DNA from: Amoebidium appalachense
Lineage: Eukaryota > Protista > Ichthyosporea
Direction: 5' to 3'
Assembly (NCBI GenBank): GCA_963693365.1
Contig: CAVNZM010000012.1
Span: forward strand, 3,359,117 to 3,423,116
Length of the DNA stretch: 64,000 nucleotides
The notes below the pieces were generated by a model. It ran no database searches and had not been told where the DNA came from. It saw only the letters and a list, made by a program, of their open reading frames with translations. Shown here one piece after another: positions 13,264 through 24,902 of the stretch (position 1 is its first letter; each line of letters opens with the position of its first letter). The translations under genes and the position numbers were made by a program.

Positions 13264-16200
13264 GTGGGGGCCAGGGCCGACGGCCGGCAACAATCCTTCT
13301 GTGACACCGTGTTCTGGTGCCGGCTGGCCACGTGCACCCACGGTCTGCAGGGACCGTACCGGGTGTTTGGCAGTGGGGATGATGCCCGTAGGGTGTGTGT
13401 GTCGGGCAACCCTGCCGGCCGGTTCCTCTACAAGTTCAAGTACGCCAGCGTGTGCCGGCTACGTCGGTTGCACACCGCCCAGGAGCAAGGGGGGTACGAT
13501 GCAGGTGCAGATGCGGGAGCCAACGACGAGGGGGAGGACTGGGCCTGGGGCACGGACACGGAGGAGGACTCGGATGCCGAGGATGCCGACTCAGACCCCC
13601 CACCCGGCCTTGCCGACTCGTCGGACGACGAAGGTGACGATGATGACAACGGCGATGGCATCGACCTCATGCAGATGTCTGAGGGGGAGGGGGATGACGG
13701 GGGTGAGCACGGGGGCAAGAAGAAGGACGACACGTGGACACAGCACCTGTGCACCGACTACGACTGCAAGGGCTGTGGGGGGTACATGCCCGGCAACCAC
13801 ACGTGCCTCATACGCAGCAAGCGTGACCAGCGACGTGTGTACATGTGCACGCACACGGATGCAGACGGCACGGCGTGCGACAGGGTGGCGTGCTACTCCA
13901 ACGAGCATGGGCAGGGGGAGGAGGGGGAGGAGGGGGAGGGGGAGGGGGGAGAGTCACCTGCACGGCAGAGGGCCAGGGTGGATGGTGCCGACGGCAGGGT
14001 GGGTGCACACGTGTGCAAACGGCACGTGCCCGACGACGATGGCAGCAGGGGGCCGTGGAAGCAGACCCGGCAGCCCATTAGGGACATCGTGCTGGACTTC
14101 GAGACCATGCCCGTGCCTGCCCCCGACCACACGGCCGAAAACCCCCCACTTCATCCACATCGTGTACCACGCCGTGGCCATGTACGTCGAGCCAATAGAC
14201 GGCCAGCCCTCAACCCCCATCGTCTTCTGGCCGGAGGACTCGGCCGACGGCAAGAACGGGTGGGATGTGCTGATGGAGGACCACCACCACGTGATTGACA
14301 AGGTGGTGGCATGGCTGTTCGACACACCAGCCCATGCCGGCGGCCGGGTGTACTGCCACAACGGCAGCGGCTTTGACTTCCACTTTGTGACCAAGAGGGT
14401 GGTGGGCAGCCAGGACTACGTGTACGTGCCCATCATGGCCAACAGCAAGATCAAGTCCTGCCGTATACGCCACTACGTCAAGAATGCTGGTGCACCAGCA
14501 GCCCCCGTGCCCATGCGGGTGGATGGTGATGGTGATGGTGATGGTGCCGATGGCCATGGCCATGGCCACGATGGCAATGGCCATGGTGATGGCCATGGTG
14601 ATGGCCATGGTGATGTGCAGCAGCAGGCAGCAGCAGCAGCAGCAGCAGGCACCGGCCGGAAGAGGAGGCACGGGGGGCAGAGGGGGGACGGCAGCCGCAC
14701 GACGGTGGTGGAGCTGACGTTCGTGGACACCCTCAACTTCCTCACCATGTCGCTGTCGGACGCCGGCAAGGCCATGGGGTGCCAGGAGACGAAGGGCCAC
14801 TTCCCCCACCGTGCAGCCACCTTTGCCAACTTCAAGGCCGGCCACATCCCCTTCCCCGGGCCCGAGGACTTTGGGGCCCAGGACATGAAGCCCAAGCAGC
14901 ATGCTGCCTTCATGCAGTGGTGGCGGGAGGAGCAGGCACGGCTGCAGGGGCAGGCACCGGCGGGCACGTGCTACGACATTGCCCAGCAGTGTGAGGACTA
15001 CTGTGTCAAGGATGTGGTGCTGCTGCAGCAGGTGGTCAAGGCCTTCATGTCGAAACTCATCGAGCTGACGGGCATCGACCCCTTCACGTGCGTCACCCTT
15101 GCTTCCCTCGCCATGCACTTCTGGATCACGCAGGCCATGCCCAAGGACGTGGCCGTGATGCGTGACCAGACCATGGGCAACGTGAACAGCAGCAAGAAGG
15201 AGCAGCAGTACATCGACTACGTCACCCACGGCCTGGGGGTGGGGCCAGACGACGTTGCACGGCACGTGGCCACCGGGTACGACCCCCACGGCAGGGCCAC
15301 GGCCGATGCCAAGGCCACCCACGACGACGGCACATGCACCCACTACTTCTTCCACGGGTGTGTGTTCCATGGGTGCCCCGACTGCAACAGGCACGAGGAT
15401 CTGACGATGAGGGTGGTGAAGAGGCCGGCCAGGGAGGCCTACGACAGCACCATGGCCCACGAGAGGTACATCCGTGCCCAGGGGCACAAGGTGCAGAGCA
15501 TGTGGGAGTGCAGGTGGGACAGGCTGAGGCAGAGCCCCGAGGTCAAGGCTGCCCTTGCAGCACAGGCGGCACGGAGGGAGGGCACCGGCAGGGTGGCCCC
15601 CGTGCCCACGGGCCCGGTGCAGTTCCGTGATGCCTTCTTTGGTGGCCGTACGGAGGTCATCACCCGTCACATCGAGGTCAAGGAGGAGGACTGGCCGGAG
15701 GCCGGGCTCAAGTACGTCGACGTCACCTCCCTCTACCCGTACGTGATGATTGACAAGTACATGCCGGTGGGCAAGTCACAGTGGTTCACGTCACTGCCCA
15801 TCAAGACGGAGGACCACCCCACGGCCATCGTCACGGATGCCCAGGTGCTGAAGGAGAGGCTCGACAGGACGTGCCGTATGACCCCCGGCTCCCCCCAGGC
15901 CAGGACCAAGGGGTACTTTGGTGTTGCACGTGTGAGGGTGCTCCCCCCCAGGGACCTGTTCATCCCCGTGCTGCCTGTGCGTATGACGGGTGCCCAGGGG
16001 TACGACAAGCTGGGCTTTGTGCTGTGCCGGGCCTGCAGCAGCAAGGAGGAGGCCCGGGCCACCTGCATGGACGAGGACGGCAACCCCAGGGTACGTGAGC
16101 ACACACTGTGCACACACACGGACGAGGAGAGGGCACTGGTGGGCACGTGGACGACGGAGGAGCTGAAGGTGGCCGTGCGTGATGGGTACACCATCCTCGA

Positions 16201-17380
16201 CGTGTACGACGTGGTGCACTTCAAGAAACGCACCAAGAACCTCTTCCGGAAGTACGTGCAGACGTTCCTGAAGGTGAAGCTCACCAGCACCACCGTAGAT
16301 CCGGCCGACATCCCCGCCCTCGTGCACCTGTTCAAGGAACCTTACGGCATCACGGTGGCCGCCCACGAGTTCGAGCCCAACCCGGCCCTGCGTACCATCA
16401 GCAACCTGTTTCTGAACAGCCTCTGGGGCAAGCTGGTGCAGAGGGCAGGGCTGGACACCATCGAGCTTGTCGACGACGTCGACAGGCTGAGGCTGCTGGT
16501 GACGAACCCCAACCTGCTGGTGCTCGACGTCGAGCCCATCGGCGAGCAGAGGGTGGCCATCAAGTACCGGCCCAAGAAGGAGACGGCCCCACCCCCCTCC
16601 TACGCCAACATTGCCATCGGCACGTTCGTGACGGCCCATGCCCGGCTGCACCTCTACGGGGCCCTCCGGTCCCTCTCCCCCCAGCAGGTGGTGTACATGG
16701 ACACCGACTCCATCGTCTACCACTACGACAGCAGGGTGCCCCACCTCAGCCACAACATCGACTCCACCAACGGGGACTTGCTGGGCAACTGGAAGAACGA
16801 GACGTCGACACCCATCGTCGAGTTTGTGGGGGTGGCCCCCAAGACGTATGCCTACCGCACCCAGGACGGCAAGACCGACATGAAGGTCAAGGGCATCACC
16901 CTGTCCCGCCGGGCGGCCGACATGGTGAACCTCCCCAGCCTGCGCATGCTGGTGCACGGCGAGCTGCCGAGTGTGAGCGTCACCAACCACCGGCTGCTGC
17001 GGGAGCCCGTGCCCGGGGTCCCCCACAACTACCACCTGGCCAGCAAGGACCAGCGCAAGACACAGTCGGGGGCGTTCGACAAGAGGGGGGTGTTCGAGGC
17101 GGCCGACGGCAGTGTACGCAGCTACCCCATCGGGTGGGCGGCACCGGAGGGGAACCTGCAGTTTTGAGTGGGGGGGAGGGGTAGGGGGGAGGGAGGGGGG
17201 TCAGTTAGGAGGTAGTCTAGCAGTGGAAAATTATGTGCCACTGGTGTGTTTGTTAACTTAGCATTAGAAGAAAGAAAAATGGGGTGCAGAGTGCACGGGC
17301 AGGGGGGTCACCGGCAGAAGAGGAAAAAGATGGTGTTTTTAGGCATACACCACGTGCACCGTATGCACGAGGGGAGGCAG

Positions 17381-17518
17381 CCAATAAATTCAGAGCTTAA
17401 TGCAAAACCAAGCATGTCCAATGTGTCCTTCGGCAAAAGCAACACCAACACCGGAACCATACACGTGTACAAGGGCGGAAGGCTTGCCAAAAAGAGCAGG
17501 CACCAGCACATATAAAAG
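17381..17518 (+). promoter_or_regulatory. Host-type Pol II promoter upstream of VLTF3-like gene
   Basis: CCAAT at 17381 and 17418, TATAAAAG at 17511-17518, ATG at 17631. Confidence 0.5.
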
Positions 17519-17630
17519 GCACACACGTGTGCACAGACACGTCACTTTTTTCCAACACAAAAACAGTCAACATCACGAATTAGGTGAACTTCGGCCGAAA
17601 CACACACACACACACTGACACGGAAAAAAA

Positions 17631-17879
17631 ATGGACGAAGACACGTTGCTAAGTATGGTGGCCAACACCACGGACCCTGAGAAGCTGCTAGACCTGTGCC
17701 CCTTCCTCTACGACATGTACTGCAACACCACCACACAGCCACGGCCACGGCCACAGACACAAGGGTGCTGGTGGGCATACTGCAAGGAGAGGGAGACGTG
17801 CACGGGGGGACACGACGAATACGAGCACGACGGAGGGGACCAGGAGTACGTGTACGAGGAGGGGGGGAGGGGGGGGGGG

Positions 17880-17910
<31 letters not shown>

Positions 17911-18518
17911 CTGGGTGTACGACGGGAGGGGGTGGGAGGGCAGCGACGGGGAGGGGGAGGAAGACGTATGAGGGGTGCACGGCCTTCTGGGACAGAAAGA
18001 GGTCACAGCCATACAGACACATTAACCACTTCAAGCAGCTGCTGCAGTCGGTGCAGGGCCTGAATGCGAGTATGGGTGACATGCAGGAGGGGGTGGTGGC
18101 AGCATTCAGGGGCGTGCAAGGCATAGAGAACGCCGACCAGGCAAGGAGGGTGCTGAGACAGAACAAACTCACCCAACACTACACACGCGTGCCTTACATA
18201 CTTAACAGGTTGTACGGGCACCCCCTCCCCAGGTTTACGTGCGAGCAGTTGGAGGTCTTGACGGGCATGTTTAAGTTTTGCTTGTCGTGGCACCGGAGAC
18301 ACAAGGAGGACACACGGAAGAACTTTGTGGGGTACCCCTTCCTGTTGGTGAAAATGGTAGGGTTAGTGCGTGGTATGGACGCGGGAGTAATAGCCAGGCT
18401 GGTGCCCACGGTCAAAAGCAAAGTGACTAGAGTAAAGAGCGATAGGGTGTGGGCACGGCTGGAGAGGGACCTTAAAAACTACCACATGCTAGTGGAACAT
18501 AACATGTTCTGCCTGTAG
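17631..18518 (+). CDS. VLTF3-like (poxvirus A2-type) late transcription factor
   Basis: YRHINHFKQLL..Q, R.VLRQNKL..HY..VPYIL..L.G.P.P, MF, RKNFVGYPFLL.K, P.VKS....KSD.VW..L match the VLTF3 family pattern. Local frame is uncertain around the poly-G at 17871-17891. Confidence 0.85.
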
Positions 18519-18650
18519 GCGGGTAGCCAGGTGCTACCTGCTCTGCATTTAGAGACAACACTGTGCACAATAGAATGGGGTTGTGGCAGGCGTGGGGTGG
18601 TAGTGGGGGTGTGCCAGCACGTGCCCACACTACCGTCGACCCGCTCAGGT

Positions 18651-18842
18651 TTATTTGAACACCACAGGTGCCGTACGAATGGGTCTGTTGGCGTTGACGC
18701 CGGACAGTTTTACGGTGTAGGCCAGGGGACGTTGCCGAAAGTCCCGTATGGTGGACACGTCCATGACATTCAGGTTGTTGTTCTGTTCCGGGAAGATAAA
18801 CGGCCTCTTGCGTGTGGGGGGCCCGCCGGGGTTGAGCTCCAT
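18651..18842 (-). CDS. Small viral hypothetical protein (63 aa)
   Basis: ATG in accATC-ATG context downstream of AAATATTGTG; co-oriented with neighbouring viral genes. Confidence 0.45.
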   Translation of the reverse strand: MELNPGGPPTRKRPFIFPEQNNNLNVMDVSTIRDFRQRPLAYTVKLSGVNANRPIRTAPVVFK

Positions 18843-18881
18843 GATGGTGCTGCAGGCTGTTTACACTAGCACACACAATAT

Positions 18882-19103
18882 TTAAAAGTTTTGGAAGGAG
18901 CTCTGGTCGGCGGCCACGGGCCACGGTGTGTAGGTGGGGGGTCTGGGCCTCATGGTCCCCCCTGGCCCCTCGACGACGTTGCCCGGGCCGTAGAACGGGC
19001 GGGTCTGTGGTGCGGGTCGGGCGCGGTAGGGTAGGGGTACGGGGAGGGGTGCCAGCGTGTGGGGCAAAGCGTGCATGCGCATGTGCTCGGTGCTGTGTGC
19101 CAT
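18882..19103 (-). CDS. Small Pro-rich viral hypothetical protein (73 aa)
   Basis: Tightly packed in the minus-strand gene run; no homology recognised. Confidence 0.4.
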   Translation of the reverse strand: MAHSTEHMRMHALPHTLAPLPVPLPYRARPAPQTRPFYGPGNVVEGPGGTMRPRPPTYTPWPVAADQSSFQNF

Positions 19104-19134
19104 GTCTGCCGCCGCTGCTGCCTAATGACGTAGA

Positions 19135-21891
19135 TTATTTGCCGGCACCCTTCTTCCTCTTCTTCTTCTCCTTGCTGGCTGTCTTGGTGCGGTACACCCC
19201 ACGGGCAGACTTAGGGACCGGGCCACCCTCGACATACCCAGCGGCATGGCTGTCCGGCACAACCCCTTGCCTGTGCACGTGTGCACGCACGTGCGGGTGG
19301 TGTGGGTGCATGGGCATGTCCCCCCTCCCGTAGTTGGCATGATGGTGCACGGCCGCTGCCAGCCCAGGGGTGGCTGTGGGTGAAGGGGCACCGGTGGGGG
19401 TGGGCACGGGGAAGCTCGGACCATGTGGCCACGTGGGGGTGCCTGTGGGGGTGGGGTGAGCAGTAGCCGTGGCTGTTGGCGTGTACGGTAGGCGTGGTAC
19501 GCCAGTGTTGTTACCTTTGGTAGCAACCTTCAGCATGTGCAGAGCTACCCCCTTTGCTACCTTCTGGAGTTCTCCGAGGGTGTCACGGTTCCCCAACACG
19601 GCCTCTTGCAGGTTCGGGCCACCGCCACCAACACCGCCGTCAGCAATAGCCGGCTGGCCACCGTCACCATGGTGGCCCCTTACCACGTTGCCCAGAAGCT
19701 GGCGTGCTGCCCCCATGAACACCCCCCTCACGTAGGAGGCCACGGCAGGGTGGTCCCACCCCGTCTGGTCCTCCCTCACCCGCCTTGTGAACTCCTCCGG
19801 GCTCTCCCGCCCGAGCATGTCAAGGTGTTCCCGCAACCCCCTGCCAAAAGGGACTCAGCACCCCCTCCTCGTCGGGTCGGGCGGGGGACGTGGGGGGTCT
19901 CCACACAGCGGCAGCACCCCCTGTTTGCGAGACCGCCCTCTTGGTGCTTGGGTACATCGTCACGTCACCGTCATAGCCGATGGCTGCTGGGGTGGGGCTG
20001 GGGCTGGGGCTGGGGGTGGGCGTGGTGGTGGGGCCGTCAATACCAAGGGGCAGGTCTGAAAGCTTCCCCCCTCGCACACAGTACTCATACAGGGCCTGCC
20101 TCGAGGCCTTGGGCTCTTCCTTCTTGAGTCCCCAAGCTACGAATTTGATGGCTTGGTACGGGGCGAAACCCTGCAGAGCTTGATAATACTCGGGGTGTTT
20201 GTCCAACAACTCTTTCTCAAAGTCCCACATGGGCTCCTGGAACTCGTAATTGGCTGGTGCCAGAGCGTTTGCGACGTCCAAGAGCGTGACGTTGGACAAG
20301 GGTAGTTTCATTTTCCACACATCCAGCTCGTTGGTGGGCGTCGGTGTAGGTGTGACTGTGGGGTGGGCCTGGGACTCGGGCGTTGGGGGCGCAGGCACGA
20401 GGGGGAAGGCTTCGGCCCAAATTTGCAACGGCCACCCGCCAGACTTTGGCGGCCGTGGGGGTATCATGGCCGGCGGGTCGGGTCCACGGTAGGCAGGGGA
20501 CTGGGGGTACGGCGTTGGTGCCGGTTGTAGTGGTGGGGGGAAGGGTATGGCCGGGGCAGTCGGCCTCCGCCGTGGCCCGTTACGACCCATGGACAGGCCA
20601 GTACCGTTCCCTTTGGCGGGCGACTGTGGCGGGGGTTGAACCGTCTGCGGTGGGAAGGGTATGGGTGGTCCGTCCGGCTTGGCCGGCAGGTGGGGGGCCA
20701 TGGGGGTCTGTGGGTTGAGCTCCGGGGGGAAGGGTACGGGGGTGGCCGGTTCCTTGGGTGCCTTCCAATACAAGGACTCTGGCGGGGTGGGCATGGTGGG
20801 ACCGGTCATATGGGGTGCCAAGACCCCCACATGGAGTGGGGAGGGGCGGTTGGGGTCGTTGCCGGCCAGGGTAACCGGCCGTGGACGTGGCCAGGCACTG
20901 GTCGTTGGCTCATCGTCGTCGTCATCGGGAGGCGTGTGTAGAGGTTGTACCGGGGCTACGGTGGGTCCGTGGGCTACCGCAGGCTCCACAACGTCGACGT
21001 GCTTGCTTGCCACTGCCACCGGCAGTGACCCAGGACGGGTTGTGCTGGTCCGTGTCACCGGCAGACCGGTGCCTTTCCCTTTGCCGGGCACCCTCGACCG
21101 GTCTGGCTTGGACGTCGGGAGGGGCTGGCCCGTCAAGGGGGGAAAGGGTATGGGTGGACCATTGGGCTTGGCCGGCAGGTGGGGTGCCGTGGGAGTCTGT
21201 GGGTCAAGCTCTGGGGGGAAGGCCACGGGGACACGGGGCGGGGGAGGCACCTCCCATTTCAGGGACTCTGGCAGGGTGGGCATGGTGGGGCCGGCCACAT
21301 GGGGCGCCAGGGGCCCGAAGGAGGGTGCGGGCTCGTTATGGGGCCGGCGGCGTGGTGCGTTTAGGGCAGGGGTTTTGGGCGGTGGAGGTGGCTTGGGAGG
21401 TGGGGGGTACGGTATGGCCGGAGCCCGGCCCGGGGGTGTGGCCGGGACAGGTGGGGGGAGGGGTGGGGTCGGCAGGGGGGCCACGTCGGGCAAGGGGGGC
21501 GGAGGTGCCCTAGGTCTGTTCCACACGTACGTGCTACCGTACTTGTCCTCAAAGTGCTCATAGCCAGGGTGGTAGGCTACGTCTACCTTCACCACCTCCG
21601 GCAACCGACCACCCCACCGCTCCAGTGGCTGGTTGGGGTCCAGATATGTGTGGGCCTTCTTGAAAAATGCCTCAACCCCACCCCTGACCAACGCCTTGTA
21701 GCTATGTCGGAGTAGTGAAAGTTTGGGAGTCCCAAAGTACCCAACGGTCACGTGGTCTCCCGCCACTTGCCTGAATGCACGTCTTCCGGGTACTGGTACT
21801 TGACAGTGTACCTGCCCAGGGGCCAAACCCTACTCGTCTCAGAGTCCAAGTCATCAGCGTGCCCATGAGGCTGCTGCACGTTGGGGGACAT
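19135..21891 (-). CDS. Large proline-rich viral protein (two apparent frameshifts)
   Basis: CCACCATG start at 21891; joins ORFs 19820-21826 and 19135-19836 through shifts near 21750 and 19830; internal ~65-aa duplication; basic C-terminus KEKKKRKK. Confidence 0.6.
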
Positions 21892-21924
21892 GGTGGACAC
21901 GGTGTTGTTGTAAACTGGTGTTTA

Positions 21925-22302
21925 TTATTTCGCAGCGTACTGCGCCATGGGTTGCCGGGCATAGCTGCCCTGGGGGTCACTGCTGTGCCCCACCCTCACG
22001 GGCGTAAAGTCGACATAGTAGGACTTGCTGTTGAGGGGGAGCCCCCTGCTGCCCAGACCGCTCCTGCCGGGCATGGAGGGCACGTGGTTGTCGGTGGGCA
22101 GGTTGTTGAAGGTCGGCAGCCGGCTGAAGGGCACACCGTAAACGCCGGCCTGGAAGGCGGCGTCCGTGTGCCGTGCCCGGTAGGGGGCCGCATAGGCAGC
22201 CTCGTACTCGGCCTCGGGTGCCAGCTTGTAGCCGTACACGGCCGCCTGCGTGGGTGTGGGCGCCAGTGGAATACCGTTGACGTTGGCCATGGCCGCGTTC
22301 AT
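21925..22302 (-). CDS. Viral hypothetical protein (~125 aa) downstream of MCP
   Basis: Open frame filling the gap after MCP; Tyr/Ala/Pro-rich. Confidence 0.55.
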   Translation of the reverse strand: MNAAMANVNGIPLAPTPTQAAVYGYKLAPEAEYEAAYAAPYRARHTDAAFQAGVYGVPFSRLPTFNNLPTDNHVPSMPGRSGLGSRGLPLNSKSYYVDFTPVRVGHSSDPQGSYARQPMAQYAAK

Positions 22303-22341
22303 ACTTGCTAGGTGGCCCACACAATTTGCACCTTTGAGTTA

Positions 22342-24081
22342 TTAAGCCTCCACCGTCACCTCACGGGCACCGGACAGCACCAGCACGTTCTCGTGGTGCA
22401 CGAAGGTGTCGAGGGTCAGGTCGTCCTGAACCGTGGGTTCCCCGACCCCGGCGGAGAACTTTTCCGTGTTCAGGTGCAGCAGAATGGGGGTGGCGTCGGA
22501 GCTGGTGTCGAGCCCAGAGTACAGGTCACGGTCCCTCTCGAGGTCCAGGGCGATCATGAACTGCTTGTCGGGCCAGGACGTGGAGTTGTACATGCAATCG
22601 GCCGTGACGTCACCCAAGAAGTAGAGGGCCTTAGCCAGCTCGGCCCATGCCTCGGCGCAGTTGTTCTTCGACACACGAATTTCGTCGAGGGGCTTCTGGT
22701 AGGGGCCTATCTTGATCTGGTAGCTCGTTATGTTGCTGCGTTCCGACCTAAACGACTCGTAGCCGGCCTGGGCCCACGTGTTGCCGTTACGAACGAGGGA
22801 GAGCAGGGACTTGACGTTTCTCCCCCGGAACGAAATGTGCAGGTCGGCAGGGCTGCCCCCCTTGACGTAGCTCTGGAAGTGGGTGAACGTGCTGTAGGGA
22901 ATGTACACGTTCTTCTCCATCAAGGCCTTTTCGAAGCCGGCCGTGTAGACGGCGTTCCACTCGATGATTTCGCAGTGGAGGACGGGGTTGATGATCTCGT
23001 AGGCGACGTCCTTGAGCCAATTCTCGTTCTCGGTGGGCACGTACAACACTTGGTTTGCCTCACCCAACGACAGCTCGATCTGCACCTCCCCCATGTACGA
23101 CAGCGGGAGGTACCGGCCGGACCGCATGAGGCCGAGCTTGAGCTGGTGAATGTAGGTGAACCCGTCGGTGGCGTCGATTTGGGCCTGGATGTTGGCCTGG
23201 TGGGGAGGCCACTTGGCGGCGCGGGCGGTGTAGTCGAGGAAGCGGTCGGCAGGAATGCCGTCCTTGCCCGGCAGCTTGTCGACATCGGGGGCAAACAGGG
23301 CCTCGTCGGGCAACGGGTCCGTCCTCCTCGCCTTCTCGATGCCAAAGAGCTTTTTGAGGGGGTCGGGGTTGAAGCACGAGTACTGGGCGGCCGTGGTGGT
23401 GTTCCACTTGTCCGCATACTCCCAGTCGGCGTCCTGCGGGCTGTACGTCCCGTGCATGCGGCCGGCGGGGCTGTTGCCGTAGTCGGCCGACAACAGGAAC
23501 CGTTCCAGGTTGATCATCAGGTGGTTGTAGCCTGAAATGTCCTCGACGGTGGTGCCGTTGATGGACACACGGGCCCGTTCAAACGGTGCGGCCGAGGAGC
23601 AGAGGTGGCCCCCCATCATGGCCATCCCCTCCAGGTTGCGGACCTTGAGGGGGAAAATGTCGGTTGCCGCCGCGTTGTTGTTGAGGGTGTTGTTGGCCAA
23701 CGTCTCGCTCTGGGGCACGGTGGTGCCCTCGTAGTCCCTTATGGTGGTGTCGATCTCGAGGGGGTGGGCCAGCTGACCGGGGAGGGGGAACCTGCGCAGC
23801 CTCTCCACCTTCACGCCCACGTACTCGGGGGCGTTGGGCACGTTGGCCTTGAACTGGAACGTCATGTAGGAGTTGAGACAGTCCAGGAAGCCCACGGCCG
23901 GCAGGGAGAACCGAATCACGCGCTGCCCCTTTGAGCTGTACGTCGAGCCGGTCACCGGGTAGGTCTTGACCGTCGACCGGCGGTTGATGTGGCTGAGCTC
24001 CACGGGCGAGTACGTGCCGGCGTCCGTCAGCTTGTGGTAGGCCATGTTGAGGGGCACGGAGGCGTCGTAGGGGGCTGCCAT
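22342..24081 (-). CDS. Major capsid protein, double jelly-roll (PLV type)
   Basis: 579 aa from MAAPYD; PLV-MCP-like segments IRFSLPAVGFLD..NSYMTFQF, FERARVSING..VEDI..YN, IPYSTF, ITSYQIKIG, FMIALDLE..SGLDT; directly downstream of the packaging ATPase. Confidence 0.85.
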   Translation of the reverse strand: MAAPYDASVPLNMAYHKLTDAGTYSPVELSHINRRSTVKTYPVTGSTYSSKGQRVIRFSLPAVGFLDCLNSYMTFQFKANVPNAPEYVGVKVERLRRFPLPGQLAHPLEIDTTIRDYEGTTVPQSETLANNTLNNNAAATDIFPLKVRNLEGMAMMGGHLCSSAAPFERARVSINGTTVEDISGYNHLMINLERFLLSADYGNSPAGRMHGTYSPQDADWEYADKWNTTTAAQYSCFNPDPLKKLFGIEKARRTDPLPDEALFAPDVDKLPGKDGIPADRFLDYTARAAKWPPHQANIQAQIDATDGFTYIHQLKLGLMRSGRYLPLSYMGEVQIELSLGEANQVLYVPTENENWLKDVAYEIINPVLHCEIIEWNAVYTAGFEKALMEKNVYIPYSTFTHFQSYVKGGSPADLHISFRGRNVKSLLSLVRNGNTWAQAGYESFRSERSNITSYQIKIGPYQKPLDEIRVSKNNCAEAWAELAKALYFLGDVTADCMYNSTSWPDKQFMIALDLERDRDLYSGLDTSSDATPILLHLNTEKFSAGVGEPTVQDDLTLDTFVHHENVLVLSGAREVTVEA

Positions 24082-24094
24082 GTTGGTGGTGTGT

Positions 24095-24898
24095 TTACCT
24101 ATGCCGTACATTTTTTTCGCCGTCACTGTCGCCGCCACCGTCGGACCCCGGGGACCCCAGCACCACCTCCTGTTCGAAATTTCGAAACATCCGCCCCTCG
24201 TTCAAGCGGATAAAGAGGAAGTCGTGCTTGCCCCGGTAGACCGTGTCCATCAATTCGAAAAATTGGGGGGTCTCGAGGGCGGGTAGGAACTCGTCCCGCA
24301 ACACCTTGAGCTCGGTGTTGTTGGTGTTCTTGAAGTAGGCCAAGGCGTCAGCCTGGCTGCGCAGCTCGAGGGGTATCTTGTTGAGCTTCTGCCCGACCAT
24401 CATCACCGACACACCAATGTGTCGGCGGTTCTGCGCCATGCGCACAAACTCGCGCAGGTTGCCCGACTTGCGAAAAATGTGGGACATGTCGTCAAACACC
24501 AGCAGCATGCGGTAGTTGGGGTTAACCTTCTTGTGCTGAAGCGACAGCTTGAGAATCTCGGGGAGGAACGACACGTCCTGGTGCAGGCGGGCCTTGGGGA
24601 TTTTCAGGGCCGTGCCCAGGGTGTGCATGCTCGGGCTGAAAATGTACACGCGGTCAAACAGTTTATTGTAGAACTGACCCTCCCGGGCAATCAAGTTGAC
24701 GAGCAGGTTGGACTTGCCGGACCCGGGCTGGCCAATGAGCAGGAAGAAGAACACGTTGTCCATCAACGGGTAGGGCACCCTCAGCTTGGTGTCGCACGTC
24801 ATTGGTATGTGCTCCACCGAGAGGGGTGCGGGCAGGGGCTTGACGGCAATGGGCGGGGGCGGGTGCATGATGGTGTCACTCTCACCCAACAGGCCCAT
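24095..24898 (-). CDS. A32-like FtsK/HerA DNA-packaging ATPase
   Basis: Walker A GQPGSGKS, Walker B LLVFDD, RRH and downstream Q..IP..LR motifs. Confidence 0.93.
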   Translation of the reverse strand: MGLLGESDTIMHPPPPIAVKPLPAPLSVEHIPMTCDTKLRVPYPLMDNVFFFLLIGQPGSGKSNLLVNLIAREGQFYNKLFDRVYIFSPSMHTLGTALKIPKARLHQDVSFLPEILKLSLQHKKVNPNYRMLLVFDDMSHIFRKSGNLREFVRMAQNRRHIGVSVMMVGQKLNKIPLELRSQADALAYFKNTNNTELKVLRDEFLPALETPQFFELMDTVYRGKHDFLFIRLNEGRMFRNFEQEVVLGSPGSDGGGDSDGEKNVRHR

Positions 24899-24902
24899 AA
24901 AA

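Larger units (their letters stand above)
11420..17167 (+). pseudogene. polB: Protein-primed family B DNA polymerase (pPolB), interrupted
   Basis: N-terminal Cys/His region (GHFTAITS, CFHC..HRC..CENC, CDDC.GLFPSAKCMANH, HLC..CKGC..HTC); Exo DFET, HNGSGFD, YCVKDV; Pol YVDVTSLYP, LNSLWGK, YMDTDS, PKTY, KVKGI. Split by an LTR element (12015-13263) and frameshifts near 11930 and 14145; 5' end missing. Confidence 0.95.

Noticed and set aside
13301-14140. Arg/Thr-rich N-terminus of the 1288-aa ORF as true pPolB sequence
   Set aside because: The conserved Cys motifs and DFET lie in the 13264-14298 frame; the long ORF becomes correct only after ~14145.
14210-17035. Long antisense ORFs (486 aa, 414 aa) and 22312-23535 (+)
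   Set aside because: Shadow frames of GC3-rich genes (pPolB, MCP) on the opposite strand, with no motifs.
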